From assembly GCF_009914755.1 (NCBI RefSeq), contig NC_060941.1: a stretch of 64,000 nt of DNA, one strand, 5' to 3'. The DNA comes from the human T2T-CHM13v2.0 reference genome, Homo sapiens. Below the pieces are notes generated by a model. That model had not been told where the DNA came from. It saw only the letters and a list, made by a program, of their open reading frames with translations, and did not search any database. The translations under genes were made by a program, and so were the position numbers. The number at the start of each line of letters is the position of its first letter. Position 1 is the first letter of the stretch. Below, one piece after another: positions 1 to 19,409 of this stretch.

Positions 1-89
1 CAGCCTACACCTATGAGCCAGTTTTAAAGTCAATGTCTTACGTTTTACTTTTCTGTTATGGCAACATCATACCGTTAGGTATCAATTTC

Positions 90-1850
<1,761 letters not shown>

Positions 1851-2309
1851 CAGAAAACCTTCCCTTAGTGTTTTAAGACTTTTCCACTATTTGATTCCAT
1901 AAGTAATGAGTAGTTTTGAAATGTCTGTAAGAGTTAACATTAATTAACATGCCTTTTTTTTCTTTTTGCTTCTAAGAGCAGTCTTTTTTCTCTAGACTCT
2001 CTGAGTCACTGATCTACCTATGAAATTAGAATTCAATGAAAAAAATGTAAAAAAAAAAAAAAAAACCCAAGGTAATATTCAATTTCTGACACTTAAAATA
2101 GGATAATGTAGCAAAACAATACCTTATTTATTGATTTATTTATTTTACAATTTTTTGTAGAGATAGAGTCTCACTTTATCTTCCAGACTGATCTCAAATT
2201 TCTGGCTTCAGGCAATGCTCCCGCTTTAGACTCCCAAAGTGCTAGGATTATAGGCATAAGCCACCAATCCTGGCCAAGACAACACCTTTATCACTTCCTT
2301 TATCTAGTA

Positions 2310-2675
2310 CAGATGCTCTTTGACTTACAATAAGGTTATGTCCCAATAAACCCAACATAAGTTGAAAATGTTCTAAGTCAAAATTGCATTTAATATACCT
2401 AACCTAATGAACACCATAGATTAGTCTAGCCTACCTCAAATGTGCTTAAAACACATTAGCCTACAGTTGGGCAAAATCTTCTAACACAAAGCCTATATTA
2501 TAATAAAGTGTTGACTATCTCATGTAGTTTACTGAATGTTGTACTGAAAGTGAAAAACAATAGCTGTATGGGCACTCAAAGTAAGATTTATACTGAATGC
2601 ATTATCACTTGCACAGTATTGTAAAGTTGTTTGTTTGTTGATTGTAAGTTGAAATTTTAAGTTGGGGACCACCTG
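2310..2675 (+). mobile_element. MER47A-like Tigger (TcMar) non-autonomous DNA transposon, full length
   Basis: TA|cagatgctc...ggggaccacctg|TA, with CAG...CTG termini and a TA target duplication. The body matches the recalled MER47 consensus. Confidence 0.85.
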
Positions 2676-3752
2676 TATATGAAATCATGGAAGACCCAGC
2701 TCATAAGACTTTCCTTTTAACTCTTAACAGTGAAGCAAGGAGTTTGCTGCTAAGTGTTTTAAGGGAAAAAAAAAAAAAAGCGAAATAAAAGGTAGCATGG
2801 CACACTAGTAAAAGAAGTGCAAAGTAGAAGATGATGAGGAAACTATGAAAAAGAGGGAAGCTAGGAGAGTGAAAAGAGCAGACTTCTGTCCCAATTTTCC
2901 ATTTTTTGACAAATCTTTTACTATGTATTGGTAGGAGGAAAAAAAGTGAGTTAAATATGTGAGGGTAACTCTGAGGACAGAACAAAAAGAGACCCCTGTC
3001 TCCCTTTTCTCTTTCTGTTTAAGATTCTAAAAAGACATCACTTCTTTGGTCGTCTCCGCAACCAATGTATAGTATGGCCACATCAACTTGGCTGCAAAGC
3101 AGAGGGTAAGGCAAAGAGAGATCCTACATCGAGCTTTCCTGAGTCACTCTCAGTTCCTATATACTGTAGGCCTGCCATAGGGTTCCTGTGCCAGGGTGTG
3201 GTGGCCATGCAACACGGGCTAGGGTATAGAGTGCTGGGACAGCAGGGTAGATGAGACATATGATAGAAACTCAGAGGTCTCTAGGCAATGTGAACTAAAG
3301 TGAGAAAAAGTCAATCAGAGAGCCTGGGCCTGGCCAAGCCAAGAGCAACCATATCAGTATCATACCACCATATCACATATGACCTACAAAGTCAGCAGAA
3401 CAGGGGCACAAAAATACAGAAAGGTATTGATTTTTCTTTGCCATTATGAGGTCCTATAAGCCATACGCACCAGGTAGGAAAGAGCTATCTGACAAACTGA
3501 GCACGTTTATATAAGACAGAATAACTCTACTGTTTGAATTACCTAATTAAATAAAACTTAAAATTGAGTTGGACATTTCATTAACCTTTTTTCTCTGCTA
3601 ATATGCAGGTAGAAACTAGAGAGAAAGACAGTTAGCTATAGACAAAATTAAAAATTAAATATTTTCTGGGCATCCAAATTATAGTATGAGTTAAATCATA
3701 TATCTCTGATATACATGTTAGTTCAAACAAACAAAAACAGCTTATACTCTAC

Positions 3753-3863
3753 CTGTCTGAAGAGATTAGGGAAGTCATCTGCATTGTTGACTTTTCTAAT
3801 TCCCTTCCCTCCTCCTCCCTCTGAGGCCTTGATCATTACTGGATATCCAACTTCCTCAGCTGC
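3753..3863 (-). CDS. ACACA: ACC1 exon 12, aa 300-336, ATP-grasp glycine-rich loop
   Basis: 111 nt, long polypyrimidine tract then aag|GCA...CAG|gtagag. Translates [37 protein letters not shown]. The gene continues beyond position 1. Confidence 0.98.
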
Positions 3864-4120
3864 CTTCAAAAAGAAAGAAAAAAAAAATAGAAGAAACAGT
3901 GTTATTACCAGGGAAGGAGAAAACTGGCATTTTTCTCCCTTTAAGAATGCAGTCATTTAGTAATTCTAAATACAATAAAATAGAAAGATCTTCAAGATAC
4001 ACTATGAAAAAATAAATAGTAGAACAATATTTGTAGTATTAGGTTGAACCAAAAGAAATTGCCTTTTTCATAGATTTAAAAAAATGACTGAATATAGGCA
4101 ATTTCTTATGGTTCAATCTA

Positions 4121-5365
<1,245 letters not shown>

Positions 5366-6345
5366 TATCACCCAGAAAAAGAACATTTCAATTTTTAATC
5401 TATGTCAATCGATTACTTAATGAATGAAAATCTTTTATGCACAGTCTCACCTTTTCTAATGTTTCTTTATTCTTTTCTATGCTCATATAAACAGAATTAG
5501 TATGATGAACTCAATTGCTGAGTGATAGATGATCAAAGAGATAGCTTAAAAAAAAGAGAAAGACTTAAAAAAAAAAGGGGGTATCCCATAGGAGGTCAGT
5601 AAGTAAGAAGGTAGGCCTTTTAAAAATATATGAAAGCTTTAGTCACAGGTCACCCATTAAAAATATTTTGGAAGAATTTTAACACTTTAATATAATGTTA
5701 AGTAAGGAGCGGGGAGGTAGAAGGACAAAAAAATATTAAGTAGAAAAAAGTATTATGATTACCAACACAATACAAATAGTAAGACCCAAAACTTATAATT
5801 ATCATAATTATAAGTATAGGAATCTATTAATAAAGATTTGTATATGATATAAATCTATGAGTTGAAAAGGGATAAAAAAATGAATAGGTTAATGGGCATT
5901 ATCTTTGGATGGTGTGTTTGCATGTGGCTTTATCATCATCTTTGGCTTTTCAAATTTTCTACCAGAAAATGCTGTTTATAATTATAACCAGAAAAAATAA
6001 AAAAGAATGTTAGTCGATAAGCAAAATAGCTAGAATAGCTAGTTCCTTACAAAGAGCTTCTACTCTTTTGCAAATTATAACAAACAAAATAAAGCATTTG
6101 AAATTCAATTAGAAATATTAATTCTTCTTATTAAGGAGATTACAGGATGTTTAACTTAAAATGCAAACAATACAACAAAATTATTTGAACATTCAGCATC
6201 CCTCTTGAATTTACATGACACAAGTCAAACTCAAGCAGTGTATTTTTCTACAATAGCCTCTTTCATTATCTTTCATTATACCTGGAAGCATAACCAACAC
6301 TTTAAACTATTTATAAAAGTGAAAGGGGAACAAATTGGAGGGAAC

Positions 6346-6868
6346 TGTAAGGAAAGAAAAGGTAATGTTGGGGAAAGGATCTCCTTTTGCCTAGGTTCAC
6401 ATTTCTACATGGATAGACAATAATTAAGAGTAACACTTTCAGTCTTTCTTGGTTCACTCCCTTGCTCCTCCCCAAGGGAAAAATAATAAATTATGTGATT
6501 GGTCAACTTGGAAGGAGGGACTGAATATGCATAGCTCAGCCTTTTCCCCTTTGGGATCAGCCCACTGCACAGGACATATGCTCTTTGTCAGCTCTCAGCC
6601 ATACACTAAGCTGAATTAAGCTCTCTCTCTCTGTCGAGGGAAATCTGTGGTCATTCAGCACTGCCAGTAACCAGTGGGTGAGTGAGCCTGCTTAACTCTG
6701 GTGTTTAGTTTACAAATCTGAATGTTGCTACACACTTAAGCCATTTTCATCAACATCTCTGTTCATAATAAAGCTGACTGTTTGATCTCTGCTTCCTGGC
6801 TTCTTGGTTCTGAATTCAACCAGTAGAAAAAGTATGTTGTTTGTTGTCCCCGCCCTCACACACTAACA
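6346..6868 (+). mobile_element. Possible ancient solo LTR
   Basis: TGT...ACA ends and AATAAA about 100 nt before the 3' end. No clear TSD, family not recognised. Confidence 0.3.
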
Positions 6869-7194
6869 GGTGGTAGAGAGAGAGAGAATCAGCACCTCCT
6901 TAAAACTCTGACTTAATCACCTAAGAAATGTTCTGTCCAGATGAGCAGCCTGCTTCAAAATGAATTTAGATTGTTTACATTTAAAGTCACTTCCTCAATC
7001 TGTACTTTTTAAAGGCAAAAGACTTATGCAATCTAAAGAGAAACCAGCGTATTCTATACTTTCAAACTACACCTCCTGGTCTTACATCCCTAACACCACC
7101 TTGGGTATATATCACGAGCCAGGCTCCCAATCTCCACATTTGTGACTATAACTGGTCAGCTGAAAGGTATCACTCCCTGGAGTTAGTAACCTAC

Positions 7195-7301
7195 CTGTAG
7201 CCCATCATCCACATCTTTCACATAACCTTTTTCATATAGCTCCTGGGGAACATTTAAGATACGTTTTGAAAAATCATTTTCCTGCCAGTCCACACGAAGA
7301 C
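7195..7301 (-). CDS. ACACA: ACC1 exon 11, aa 264-299
   Basis: 107 nt, gttgcag|GT...CAG|gtaggt. Translates (G)[35 protein letters not shown]. Confidence 0.98.
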
Positions 7302-8217
7302 CTGCAACAGACAATAGCAACTTAGGGCAATTACAAGATCTTCTGCTCTTGTCAATTTTCTGCTCTGCATTCTTTGAAATGCTATCATATTTACCCAAAA
7401 CTGAGAGTGGATGGGAGAAAGAAGGATGCCATAAAACCCTGATCAGTCCTTGGGGTTAACAGGATTTAGCCACAGCATGACCCGGCAACTTGGGTTCTTA
7501 ACGCTGGCAAAAGCCAGCCGAACTAACAGGGAGCAACTTATAAAAATGCAAAGACGTACAAGATCAAAACAAACAAAAAAAGAACATAGCATACTTCTCA
7601 CAGCAACTCAGCAGGCAAAATACCTTCAAACTGTGTGTTCAGGCCTGCTCCAGGGCCAAGAGGTCTGGGAAATAATTCAATCTTTATGAGCCCTTGGAAA
7701 TAGAAATGGCGGTTTTATTGGCCTCAGCAGAGTCATGATTCCATGCTCTCTGAACGTCCCTGTACTCAGCCATAAGGGGAACACTATAGCCTCTCCATTC
7801 AAACAAGAACAAATTCAACCTTTTATTTTAAACTATTTGACCCAGCAGATCTGGAGAGGATATTGCAATCTCCCTGGAGAGCCAGAGTAACAAGGGTTCA
7901 AATCTGTTCAGCCTCAAGACAGTGGTCATTCCCATTTAAAAGAGGTTTTAGTGTATGTCTGTTCCCAGTGCTTGAGTACTTAAGAAAAAAAAAAAAAGGT
8001 TCATATTGTTATCAGCTATAATAATTCACATGGAACTGTTTAAGGGATGTGTTGAGAATAAATCACTTTTTGAAAATTCTTGCCCCTCTGGCATGCCTGG
8101 AAGAAAGGTTAATTACTGACCTCATTTTCTGCATCAAGGGCAACTGAGGTTGAATGGTTTTTAAACAGTCAAATCAAATCATCAATAGATTGTGGGTTGA
8201 TATCAAGAAAACATTGG

Positions 8218-8533
8218 CGCCAGGCGCGGTGGCTCATGCCTGTAATCCCAGCACTTTGGGAGGCCAAGGCAGGTAGATCACAAGGTCAGGAGTTCAACAC
8301 CAGCCTGGCCAAGATGGTGAAAGCCTGTCTCTACAAAAAAATACAAAAATTAGCCGGGTGTGGTGGCGGGTGCCTGTAATCCCAGCTACTCGGGAGGCTG
8401 AGGCAGAGAATTGCTTGAACCCGGAAGGTGGAGGATGCAGTAAGCCAAGATCATGCCACTGCACTCCAGCCTGGGCAACAGAGTGAGACTCCAACTCAAA
8501 AAAAAAAAAAAAAAAGAAAAAAAAAGAAAAAAA
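8218..8533 (+). mobile_element. AluS with target-site duplication
   Basis: Full Alu flanked by aaaacattggc on both sides. Confidence 0.95.
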
Positions 8534-8952
8534 ACATTGGCAAGGAAACATTTGAGTAAGTGGGTTTTAGGTTTTTCCTAGTGATCCAGGCTACTCCCAG
8601 GCAGGTCTGAAGACCCAATTCCCCCTGGGAAGCCCACCTCTGAGGAAGATTCTAGCCTACCCAGAGTACATCTAAACCCACAAAACCATATACATGTTTT
8701 CCCAGAGTTTTTCTAAGTTAACTCACAAGATCACTCCAGATCACAATTTAGCATCTGTGTACCTGGAACTAAATTTATATTACTAAAAGAATCACAGGTG
8801 TATTAATTAAGCTAGGAGCTACAAGGTACCATTAATCAACCAGTATTCCATTTCTTGTCAAGTATACCAATACTTTTTCAAAAGAGGTAAGTCCCAAATA
8901 TCCTACTGAGCTATTCTGTACTTCAAGATACAAACAAGAATTCAGTTCTTAC

Positions 8953-9051
8953 CACTGCCGCTCCAGGGAAGAGTTGGGATACCTGCAGTTTGAGCCACTA
9001 TGGAAGATGCAATCTTATCCCCTAAAGCCCACATGGCCTGGCTTGGAGGAC
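8953..9051 (-). CDS. ACACA: ACC1 exon 10, aa 231-263
   Basis: 99 nt, gtttttag|GT...AGTG|gtaaga. Translates (G)[32 protein letters not shown]. Confidence 0.98.
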
Positions 9052-10034
9052 CTAAAAACGAAACAGGAAAAGAATCCTGACTGTAACACCTTGGCCTCAT
9101 TTCTGGCACATGTAGTTGCCTTGTATTATAGCTATTTATGTATTTGTCTTGTCCTCCCCCCACCCCTCACATATCAAGGAGATCATAAATTATGGGGACT
9201 ATTATGCTTTGACTTATCTTTGTACCATCTGTAAAACCTAATGTAGTAAGCTTTTTGTGCAGAGTGAGAGCTCAATATATATAAATGTATGCTGAATTAA
9301 ATTTTTGACAAATCTAGCTATAATGTTATCATTCTTCATGATCCAACTTCACCAGATCAATAAAGTCTTCTTTTTTAAGTCAATATCCTGAAATAAGGAC
9401 TTTAAAGTTTTAGGATTCAAGTCTGAAATAGTATACGCTCTTTGGTCTTAGGGGAACCCAAAAAGGAGACATCTTTAAAAAGGTTTACAAAACATAATCT
9501 TCATTGTTTAAGGTCTCTGAGACCGAGAGAAAAATACTTTGAGCTATATAACCTCTGTTTTTCTCTCTGGTATAATGACAGCAGAAAAGTCAGAAGAAGT
9601 ATCTCTCACTTGTAGGAGTATCACCTATATGCTTAAATGCACAGGTGCTGATTCATATTTAAGGGCACACTGCCAAGGCATCCTGAGTATTCAATTATCT
9701 TCACTATCTAAAAACAGGTCATTTTCCCACATGCTTTCTTAAGGTTAGCTGCAAAGTTTTAAAAGGTCAGAGTTTTAGAAACCAAAGCCTTCTCCATATC
9801 TCCATATCTGACCCAGGGACAGAAAACAAAATCAAGATGAAGTGAGATAAGCAAAAAATGAAAAAAAAGAAAGAAATGAAGAGGGTTACTCTGAGAGTTA
9901 GTAATAGATTGAGGGAAAAAAAAAGAGAGAGAGAGCCCAGCACATGTTAAACAGAAAATCAGACTATAGAGTAAAATGTGGGCAAAATTGACAGAAAGAA
10001 ACAGAAAGACGGACAATATGTCAGAACAGCTTAC

Positions 10035-10116
10035 CCATGAAGGCAATGCCATTTTTCAAGAGAAGTTCCGGTAGTTTGGGATTCTCAGAAGCATGACCCC
10101 AGCCAGCCCACACTGC
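10035..10116 (-). CDS. ACACA: ACC1 exon 9, aa 204-230 (absent from the ORF track)
   Basis: 82 nt, cccttgcag|GCA...ATGG|gtaagc. Translates [27 protein letters not shown], including the biotin carboxylase GWGHASEN motif. Confidence 0.98.
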
Positions 10117-10897
10117 CTGCAAGGGAATACAATATAATTCATTCTTAAAATTCATACAAAACCCCCACAAACTGCAAGAGTCTCTATCCAGGCTGGCCCT
10201 GTTTCTTGAGGTACAGTAGTTCCACAGCAGCCTAATGCTTAATTCAGCTTCTATGCTTGATTGTTGGCAAACTCTTTACAGAGTAACAATAAGTAGTCCA
10301 TTGTGGCAAGATTTCTGAAGGGGTCAAAACCAAGTTGAAATTGATATTAAGATCCAGTTATACTTGTTGCTCTTTAGGAAACTCAATTCATAGCCTAGGC
10401 TGTAAAGGGCGTTTTCTAGAAAAACTGGCTATGTTTCACATATTCAATTACTATGGCCACTCCATTACATCATTATTGATTACACTGCCATCTAAGTTTA
10501 GAGTTTTTTCCTCTTTGGGCTTTAAGGTACCTACCCTAAACTTACTAACACAATGTGACAGGGAAGAAACAGCCTACTTCTTTAATATACCACCATCCTT
10601 TAGGCTAATATTCCACAACAAACAGGTAATTTTTACTGGCTCAAAGGTGAGATACCTAGAATAAATAATCTCTGAAAGATGCTTCCAAACCTTCTGTTTG
10701 TATTACGTTTACTTTATTTTTAGCCATTCCATTATTTCCATCTTTCTTTTCCTTATTTGGTTTAGTTATCCCATACACAGGCATTTAATAATTTTCGAAA
10801 ATGATGCTTTACAAAAATGTTCTTCTCTAGATATCCCCTTGTGCCTAACTATAAAATGGCTGAATTTGGTTTTAAAGGACACATTGGCATCTCTTAC

Positions 10898-11007
10898 TTG
10901 TACTGGGATCCTTTTAGCAATATCAAGAATTAATTCCACATTTGCATAGTTGTTGTTGTTTGGTCCTCCAGGCACTGGCACATAGTGATCTGCCATCTTA
11001 ATGTATT
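10898..11007 (-). CDS. ACACA: ACC1 exon 8, aa 167-203
   Basis: 110 nt, ttttcag|AA...CAA|gtaaga. Translates (E)[36 protein letters not shown]. Confidence 0.98.
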
Positions 11008-11864
11008 CTGAAAATGCAAGCGAATTAATAGAGAACACATGATTTTTTTTTCCAGAAATATAATTGCACAGCAAAACTACGTAAAGGTCAGGGACTATCA
11101 TAAGTAACCACAGGACAAACAGCATTAGTAGGATAATTTCCAGGACCATTTAGTTCGAGGCTCTTAGTTTGTTAAGTCACAAGCACTAATACGAGTTAAT
11201 CCCATATTTAGAAGCTCTTATAGTAAAATAGCAATTCTCCAACATTTCACTATGTAATCTTTCTGAGGAATCTTTATGACTTCTATATCAAGGCTGATGT
11301 GTCTGTCAGTTAGGGGCCCAAGTGCAATTACTCTATTCCGAGAAAAAGTTCTAGTCCTGACATCCTTTGTCTTTAACTGGCACTGGACCTAGAGAAAGCC
11401 CTTTTCCTGGTACAGAGCTTGACAGAATGGAGAAAGATAGGAGAGCCTGAATGGCTTGCAAACTGGCTAAACAAGAAAGGTTAGTTACAGGAGTGTCTGG
11501 AAAGAGTTTATCTGGAATACTGAGGGTAACAGGTATTTGTAAGAAACTTTAGAAAGATAACCACTTTCTCATATATATTTGTTGTACAGTATTCCCTTTC
11601 AAATTTGTCACCTAACATCTCTATTTTCCTATTCTGGCAATGACAACTGTAACAGAAGAGCTACCACGTGTAGGGACTGTAACTAGCACTTTGTATATAT
11701 ATTATCTCATTTAATTCTCTCATCAACCCAATATGTGACAGAAAATGATGGCTTGGAGGAGTTAAGTAACTTCCTCAAAGTTCATTTCCACCATTTATAA
11801 ATTTATTTTAGCTTTCAAATTTCAACTCAAGCATCCACCATTATTTACTAATAATAAATTTATT

Positions 11865-12169
11865 TTATCTTGTTCTTTTTTAAAAATGTAAGTTCCAGGA
11901 TACATGTGCAGGACATCCAGGTTTGTTACATAGGTAAACGTGTGCCATGGTGGTTTGCTGTACCTATCAACCCATCACCTAGGTATTAAGCCCCACATGC
12001 ACTGGTAAAGGACAGGAACAGACAGACACTTCTCAAAAGAAGACATTTATGCGGCCAACAAACATATTTTAAAAAAAACCTCAACATCAGTGATCATTAG
12101 AGAAATGCAAATCAAAACCATAATGAGATATCATCTCATGCCAGTCAGAATGGTGATTATCTTGTTCTT
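11865..12169 (-). mobile_element. Short L1PA insertion with 5' inversion
   Basis: L1 3' end on the minus strand (11878-12002) joined to a plus-strand ORF2 C-terminal piece (about 12003-12156). 13-bp TSD ttatcttgttctt. Confidence 0.85.
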
Positions 12170-12354
12170 ATTTCTAAAAGATTTTAAGTCCCTTCTAAAA
12201 AAAATTCTACTAAAAAAAATTCCGCTAGAATTTCTTCAAAATTAAAATAGGCTTATTGTTCTCTTTGATTATAGGAAGGAAAGCATGCAAATTATTAAAC
12301 AATGTTAGATAATACAACAGAATATAACAATACTATATTTTAAAAGTGAAAATT

Positions 12355-12823
<469 letters not shown>

Positions 12824-13204
12824 TCAAAGACAACCAGTTTATGCTTTACTGTACATAAATATATATATTTTTGGTATATATATGTTTAATATTTTTTATG
12901 GATACCTAATATTTCAATAGCCTATATAATTCATTTGACTACTAACTTATCAATGGAAGTACAGATTATGTATAATTTGAAAAATAATAAAATAATGTGT
13001 GTCTCTGTACGGCTGTCCAATTATATCCACAGATATGTTACTAGCAATAAAACTATTGGGTCAAAAGGTATTCACATTTTCAGACTCTCACTAGCAACAT
13101 GGGTACCAAATACTCTCACCTATGTTAGGTATTATCAATGTCTTCAATTTTGTGAGTTTTGTAAGTTAAAAAAAAATCTTTAGTATTGTTTTGGTTTAGA
13201 TTTC

Positions 13205-14905
<1,701 letters not shown>

Positions 14906-15032
14906 TTATTATAGATGATCTCATCTTTACAATTATCCAGTGAATTAGACATTAGGATCTTCCTTTTATAAGTATGAAACTTGTGGCTCAGAGATGTGAA
15001 AGTGTGCATCTAAATGATTTCATATAATAACA

Positions 15033-15455
15033 TGATATAGTTTGAATGTATGTCCCTCACCAAATATCATATTGAATTGTAATCCCCAGTCTCGGAAATG
15101 GGGCCTGGTAGGAGGTGTTTGGATCATGAGGGCAGCTCCCTCATGAATGGCTTGGGCCATCTCCTTGATGATACGTGAGTTCTCACTCTAAGTTCACATG
15201 AGATCTGGTTGTTTAAAAGTGTGTGGCACCCTCCCCACAATTCTCTGTGTTGTTCCTGCTCTGGCTATGTGATGTGCCTACTCCCCCTTCATCTTCCCCC
15301 AGTAAGTGTCCTGAGGCCTCCCCAGAAGCAGAGCAGATGCCAGCACCATGCTTCCTGTAAAGCCTGTAGAATTGTGAGCCAATTAAACCTCTTTTCTTTA
15401 CAAATTACGCAGCCTCAGGTATTTCTTTATAGCAATGCAAGAATGATCTAATATA
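15033..15455 (+). mobile_element. MST-family MaLR solo LTR
   Basis: tgatatagtttgaatg...aattaaacctcttttc...ctaatata, flanked by a 5-bp TSD TAACA (15028-15032 and 15456-15460). Confidence 0.9.
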
Positions 15456-16268
15456 TAACATTTGCTTTCTAATAAATTGGTGTCTTCTCAATTTCTAAAT
15501 AAGATGATATAATAACCTTTCTTTCTTAGGAATAATCATAATACCATTGTCTCAACAAAGAAAAAACATATGCAGACTAAAATAAGTATAAAAGGATAGC
15601 TCTTTTTCGCAGCTTCCTAGGAGTAAAAGATAAAAAAAAGTAAAAAAACATAGCTCTTCACATTATCTGTGGGTACTCTACCTTAAGAGATTATACCTTA
15701 GTGATAGAAGGTATGGAGAAGAAAGACTAGTCATATCTTTCAGCTATACCAACAGTCTTTATCTACAACTATCAGACAGAGAACCATCTGAGTAAAAAGA
15801 ATATGTAGCCGAATTTACAGAGTGAAACACACTTCGGTCCCAAAAGGTCTCTCCCTCAGGAAGAGAAAAAAAAAATCTTAACCCAAAGTTTTTCTATAAT
15901 TCAATATAACGCATAAGGAAAAAACAGCATTTCCTTCTAAATCTTTCCACTTACGCATTCCAAAGAATGTGGCATAGCAAATATTTAACACTGAAAAAGG
16001 CATACACTTGAAAGCCCAAATCAACACTTTTGTTAAATTTCTTCCTACTTATCCCTAGGACACAGGAATCTGTATTGAGGTTGACTATAGTGCAATCATT
16101 TTTATATGTCTATTACTGACACATTTTAAACAGAAATTATTTTAAAAGGATTTTACTTGGAAGTCCTATGTTTGGGAATCCCCCTAAGTTAACATTCTCC
16201 TACTTAAAGGCTGTGCTGTTCCATGTTTTAGTTTTGAGAGTGATGCTTTCATAATGCTAATAACTCAC

Positions 16269-16407
16269 CTGCATTGGCTTTAAGGTCTTCAGGTGTGACC
16301 ATGACAACGAATCTAATTGCACGTTCATTTCGAAACATTTCATAAGACCACCTACGGATAGACCGCATGCATTTCACTGCTGCAATGCCATTGTTAGCAA
16401 TAAGAAC
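16269..16407 (-). CDS. ACACA: ACC1 exon 7, aa 121-166, start of the biotin carboxylase domain (absent from the ORF track)
   Basis: 139 nt, ccccctcccag|GTT...GCAG|gtgagt. Translates [46 protein letters not shown]. Ends in phase 1. Confidence 0.98.
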
Positions 16408-17839
16408 CTGGGAGGGGGAAGGAGATGGGAATGGGAAGAAAAGGCAGAAAAAAGCAACAATGGAGGAAAAGAGATGAGAGAATTTTTACATATCTATCTT
16501 TCTGTGTAAAAGTCATACTTTCAACCAAGAATTCTTGTTACTGGTCCAGACTGTTAGAAACTGGCTTCCCCAAGGCCAAGCAGTATCTTTAAATGTTAAC
16601 TAAGCAAATACTTGAGTATGTGCCAGCTAAAACATACTCCTTTCTAACTTCATTTATTTGAAGGGAAAAGTCACAATTACTTAAATCTGTGACTTTGTGA
16701 ATTATTCTACCATACTACCATATTGTGGGTATGGTATATTATGAAATCAGGAATGGGGGAAGGCCAACCAGTGCAGTGCCATGCACTCTTCTCTGTTGCA
16801 ATAAAATGAGGTACAGAGCACTGAACATGTTTAAAAACCCTGGTATTAGTTACTTTTCTCCAAAATACTGAACTCCAATACCTTAGAATTGTAGAGAATG
16901 CCTCAGAAAGAATGGTCACTGTTGTAGAAAAATAGAATAATCCTGAGACTTTCTGTAAACAAACCTTTCGTCTCCTTACCTATCTTGCAGTCATGCCTCT
17001 AAGGATAACACAGACTAATAGACACATAATCTGTCTTTATTGGAAGACTAATAAAAGGATGCTGATGAAGTAATACTTTTAGGAGTGGAAATACAGGTCC
17101 CCATCCTTTAATCTTTTAATCACTGGAAGCTATTTCAGCCAAGTCATCCTCTCAGCTCTGACATGGTTTAGACAAAAGTGACACGGAATTACATTTCAAA
17201 ATACCTGGAATCTCTAAGTATATCATGTGGTATATTCCCTTGAAACATCTCAAATACTTGGTGGAAGCCAGTAAGTCACAGTGTATCAAACTCTTTAAGC
17301 CTTCTCTTCTGAAACTCTCTCTACTCCCTTAGCTTTCAAACCAGTGCTGTGGCATATTATCTCCCCACCAGCACCCACAAGCTAATCAATTCTTCATACC
17401 CTGTCAGATCAGTGCAGCCCCACCCTGTAAAACCACAAGATCTTTCAAAAACATGTTTTGTTTGAGACAGGGTCCCTCTGTCGCCCACGTTGGAGTGCAG
17501 TGGCACAATCCATAGCTCACTGCAACCTTGAACTCCTGGGCTCAAGTGATCCTTCCATTTTAGCCCCCCAAGTTGCTGGGACTCAAAAATAACTTTATGA
17601 GCACTATTTTAACTCCTTAATTAGCTATGATTAAATTATCTGTGGTAAATACATATTATAGGAAAACAGTGAAATTATATTAATAGGATGCTAGGGAGGC
17701 AGAAAGGCTAAAATTCACATAAAGAGGCAAAGCCTCTGAGAAACTAAATATCAATTGGGAGCAAATCTAGACAACAAATCTAGGCAAGCATTAAATCCTA
17801 AGTGCTTTTGACAAAATAATTCAGCAAGTTACAACTTAC

Positions 17840-17972
17840 CTTCTCAATCACTTTATTTCCCCCAAAGCGAGTAACAAATTCTGCTGGAGAAGCCACAGTG
17901 AAATCTCGTTGAGAATCTATTTTCTTTCTGTCTCGGCCCTGCTTTACTAGGTGCAAGCCAGACATGCTGGAC
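17840..17972 (-). CDS. ACACA: ACC1 exon 6, aa 76-120, containing Ser78, Met79 and the AMPK site Ser80
   Basis: 133 nt, tttttatag|G...AAG|gtaagt. Translates (R)[44 protein letters not shown]. Confidence 0.98.
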
Positions 17973-18533
17973 CTATAAAAATACAGAAGCCATAAAAACA
18001 CCACCTATATTTTCTGGAGACCTGCTTTTCACTACCATACCCATAACAGTACTTTCACAACTGCATCCTGTGAAGACTGCATGCTGGCAGGTCACGTACT
18101 TTTCAAATAAAAGAGAGAAAAGAAAATGATCTTGCTTGTGGAAATTTAAGGAAAAAAAAGCGTTTCTGAATAATAAAAGATAATATCAAGGTTTACCAGC
18201 AGATGCCATCACAAAGAGATAGGCAAAGGATAAATGGTAGAAATAATAGACTCAGAGACCGTTAAAGCCAAAAAACAAGTTACCAGGGTTGTTTCTGGAT
18301 CACGACTCTGGTGTGCAGATGACCTTCACCTCTGTATCTCTGACTTCTATCTTTCTTCTGAGCTATAACTCCACATTTTAAAACTGCCTACTAAATGTTT
18401 TACCTGGGTATCTCCTAGGTATTTCAAAATCAACAACTCCAAAACAAAATTCTTTACAAGGCAGCATAATATGCCATATTTAATCAGTTTTAAGGTTCTA
18501 CTTCTTTTCTTTTTACTTTAAAAAAATCTCCTA

Positions 18534-19190
<657 letters not shown>

Positions 19191-19409
19191 TGGCAGTACT
19201 GTATTTTTTCTTAGTGGTACATAAAATAACAGTGTTTCTAACAATCAATGGCACCTTGGATTAGACAAAATATGATAGTGGAAACAGCACAGGCCTGGGT
19301 TTACATTCCAGATCTGTCCACTTAAATGATCTTTTGCAAATAATTTAACCTTTTCAGCTTCAGTGTTCTCTTTGTAAAATATGCATGATATTTACTGTCC
19401 TGGTTATTT

